The notes beneath the pieces were generated by a model. It did not search any database, was not told where the DNA came from, and saw only the letters and a list, made by a program, of their open reading frames with translations. Positions 62,181-64,000 of a stretch of DNA of 64,000 bases are shown in pieces. The stretch covers positions 640,001 to 704,000 of the forward strand of contig CBDAON010000004.1 of NCBI GenBank assembly GCA_965198065.1, given 5' to 3'. Source of the DNA: Longimicrobiales bacterium. Lineage in GTDB: Bacteria; Gemmatimonadota; Gemmatimonadetes; Longimicrobiales; Gaopeijiaceae. Made by a program: the position numbers and the translations under genes. How positions within the stretch are numbered: position 1 is the first letter of the stretch; the number at the start of each line of letters is the position of its first letter.

Positions 62181-62717
62181 ATGTCCACCCGAGCTCTCGA
62201 TCGCGCCGTCTGGTCGGTCCTGCTCCTCGCTCTGACCGCTACAGGGTGCGGGGGCGACGTACCGGAGCCGGACCTATCCGCGGACTCCTCGCCAACCCCG
62301 AGTGTGGGCCAGCTCAGCGGTGCGTCGGCCCTGGAGGCGGAGGACCGGACCGTCCGGCTCACCGCCCTGAGCGGCACCGGCGTGGGAGGCGAGGTGGCGG
62401 CCATGCACACCGAGGATGCGATCGTCCTAGTCATAGAGGCGACCGGCCTTCCGGGGCCGCGGGAATACGGTGTCTACCTCCACCGGGAGCGCTGTCGGGA
62501 TGAGGGGATCCTGGCCATGCCCCTTAACCCGATCGTGGGGCTTCCCGATTCGACCGGGACGAGCACGACCGTGCTCGAGCCCTCGGACGTGGCCGGTGCA
62601 GGCCCCCTCTCCGTCCGGCTCGTCGGCGTGGGAGACGCGCCCCTGGCGTGCGGCGAGCTCTCGTCCGGACCAGGGGGGACCGATTCGCCTAGAAGCGCTG
62701 TCCCAGACGCACCGTGA
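62181..62717 (+). CDS. Hypothetical lipoprotein with Cu/Zn-SOD-like fold pattern
   Basis: Lipobox ATGC; 'GL.G..EYGVYLH...C' and C-terminal 'LACGEL'. Confidence 0.55.
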   Translation: MSTRALDRAVWSVLLLALTATGCGGDVPEPDLSADSSPTPSVGQLSGASALEAEDRTVRLTALSGTGVGGEVAAMHTEDAIVLVIEATGLPGPREYGVYLHRERCRDEGILAMPLNPIVGLPDSTGTSTTVLEPSDVAGAGPLSVRLVGVGDAPLACGELSSGPGGTDSPRSAVPDAP

Positions 62718-64000
62718 CCTTGCTACCGTCGGCATCGTCCCCGAACGGCCTGGCCCAGTAGATGCCGAGCCCTCCCAACCGGATCCCCACACCGGCATCG
62801 TAGAGGGTCGGCGAGTCTGTCCTGCCGAGCCCCACCCAGTCCCCTTCCGCCCAGGCCCGGCCCCAGTCGAAGAAGACCACCCACCAGGATCCGCGGTCGG
62901 TCGCACGCCTGCCAGGGCCCCCACGGCCGAAGAAGTGACCGAGGCTCCCCCTGTACTCCGCCTGGAGGAGGGCGAACCGGTCACAGCCGTAGAAGGGGTA
63001 CATCGCCCGCTCGAGGTCGTCGCGGGAGAGGGTCACGAGCCCGCTCCGGGCACCGCAGTCCGCCGCGAAGGCCGAGTACCCGGGAAGCGTTCCCGGGCCG
63101 CCCAGCGTGTGCTGGAACTGGGGGGGCAGAACCTCCGCCCGGGGAGATCCGCCGAGGACGCCACGAAGGGCGAGCGTGGCACCCGATCCGATCGAGTTGT
63201 AGCGCCGGAGATCCAGGAACGCGGTTGAGAAATCGGCGTCCAGCTCCGGCCCGACCGGCGCGTCGGGATCGTCCGGACCCGGGACGGGCAGGACTCCGGA
63301 GGGGAGGGCGAGCGTCCCGCCGAGCCCCTCCCGCCACACGCCGCGGATCAGCCAACCGGTCCGGGGCTCCCGTCGATCGTCCCTGGTGTCGATCTCCAGC
63401 TCGGTGACCACCGAGCGGAGCGAGCCTTCGGCCACGAGCGGCTGCTCCCGCCAGGGGCGTCCACTGCTGAAGACGCTCCACGGGTCACTCGGAGCAACCA
63501 CTCCAGAACGCTCGTCGCGGTACTCGACGGTCAGGTCGATCGGAAGCCGCAGAGGCGTCGCACGCACGAATGCGCGGGTCCCGCGCGTCTCCACGTAGTC
63601 CCGATGGTCGCTCGTGAAGAGAAACGTGCTCCAGTCGTTCTCGGAGTTCGAGAGGCCCCAGGACTCGATCGGGGCGATGAACGAGAACACGCCGCCGCCG
63701 AAGCTAACCTCGCGGCGCCCGCCCAGGAACTGCTCGGCGTTCACCCGATATCCGTAGCGGTCGGTCTGGAACGGAGCGCGCCCTTCGGTGCGGAGGATCG
63801 CGACCGCGTCAGTCCGGAACGGATTCCGGCCTCCCGTGGAGAACGCCGGGCCCACCTCGACGGAGAGCCCCTCCAGGCGGTTGAAGCCCAGGGGGTCCAC
63901 CGTGAATCGAGAGGAGCCAACCCGTCCGAAGTCTCCATGGATCCCGTTCGGGAGGCCCCGCTCGCCAGTCGAGACCCGTTCACTCAAGGCCTCGGGGAGC
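62689..64000 (-). CDS. Outer-membrane beta-barrel protein (BamA/TamA-like), 5' end outside window
   Basis: FNRLEGL motif, alternating beta strands, DLRRYN, LGG.GTLPGY and terminal Phe (RLGQRF). Confidence 0.75.
   Translation of the reverse strand, partial: LPEALSERVSTGERGLPNGIHGDFGRVGSSRFTVDPLGFNRLEGLSVEVGPAFSTGGRNPFRTDAVAILRTEGRAPFQTDRYGYRVNAEQFLGGRREVSFGGGVFSFIAPIESWGLSNSENDWSTFLFTSDHRDYVETRGTRAFVRATPLRLPIDLTVEYRDERSGVVAPSDPWSVFSSGRPWREQPLVAEGSLRSVVTELEIDTRDDRREPRTGWLIRGVWREGLGGTLALPSGVLPVPGPDDPDAPVGPELDADFSTAFLDLRRYNSIGSGATLALRGVLGGSPRAEVLPPQFQHTLGGPGTLPGYSAFAADCGARSGLVTLSRDDLERAMYPFYGCDRFALLQAEYRGSLGHFFGRGGPGRRATDRGSWWVVFFDWGRAWAEGDWVGLGRTDSPTLYDAGVGIRLGGLGIYWARPFGDDADGSKVTVRLGQRF

Noticed and set aside
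1..64000. Many long alternative-frame and antisense ORFs (e.g. 128-2251, 1738-4098, 18354-20252, 20547-22262, 59430-60842)
   Set aside because: They are Arg/Gly/Pro-rich shadows of well-supported genes, expected in high-GC DNA, and carry no family motifs.
1..64000. CRISPR array, rRNA or tRNA genes
   Set aside because: No regularly spaced repeat-spacer series, rRNA-like stretch or cloverleaf with a T-loop was seen by eye.

Overview
High-GC bacterial chromosomal window. Gene content and protein style suggest Gemmatimonadota; this is an inference and no search was run. Positions 1-23 kb form one long minus-strand housekeeping run with many translationally coupled genes: radC, relA/spoT, uvrB, tsaEB-rimI, hemB, ccsA-like-hemA-galE-like, tolQR-TonB/TolA-tolB-pal-cpoB, nrdR, tatC, lptD and formiminotransferase. 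Positions 23-32.6 kb hold accessory metabolic genes: a KamA-type radical SAM enzyme, dienelactone hydrolase, ppc, pgeF, and a beta-propeller plus cytochrome c pair. Positions 32.6-40 kb are a decayed mobile island. There, a wecB/carbamoyltransferase/deacetylase glycan-tailoring cassette is bracketed by two same-orientation relics resembling IS91/ISCR rolling-circle elements (transposase C-terminal fragments plus a 43-bp repeat with an oriIS-like core). These are followed by an FkbM methyltransferase, a structured att-like element, a truncated gene and a disrupted IS256. Positions 40-64 kb are again mostly core genes: pcm, rluB, scpAB, rpsT, pyrRBC, transporters, tadA, lexA-like, gltX and ispG. 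The most notable observations are the ISCR-like capture architecture, a LexA homolog missing its cleavage site and both catalytic residues, and five homopolymer frameshifts confined to 31-40.5 kb. No rRNA, tRNA or CRISPR array was seen.
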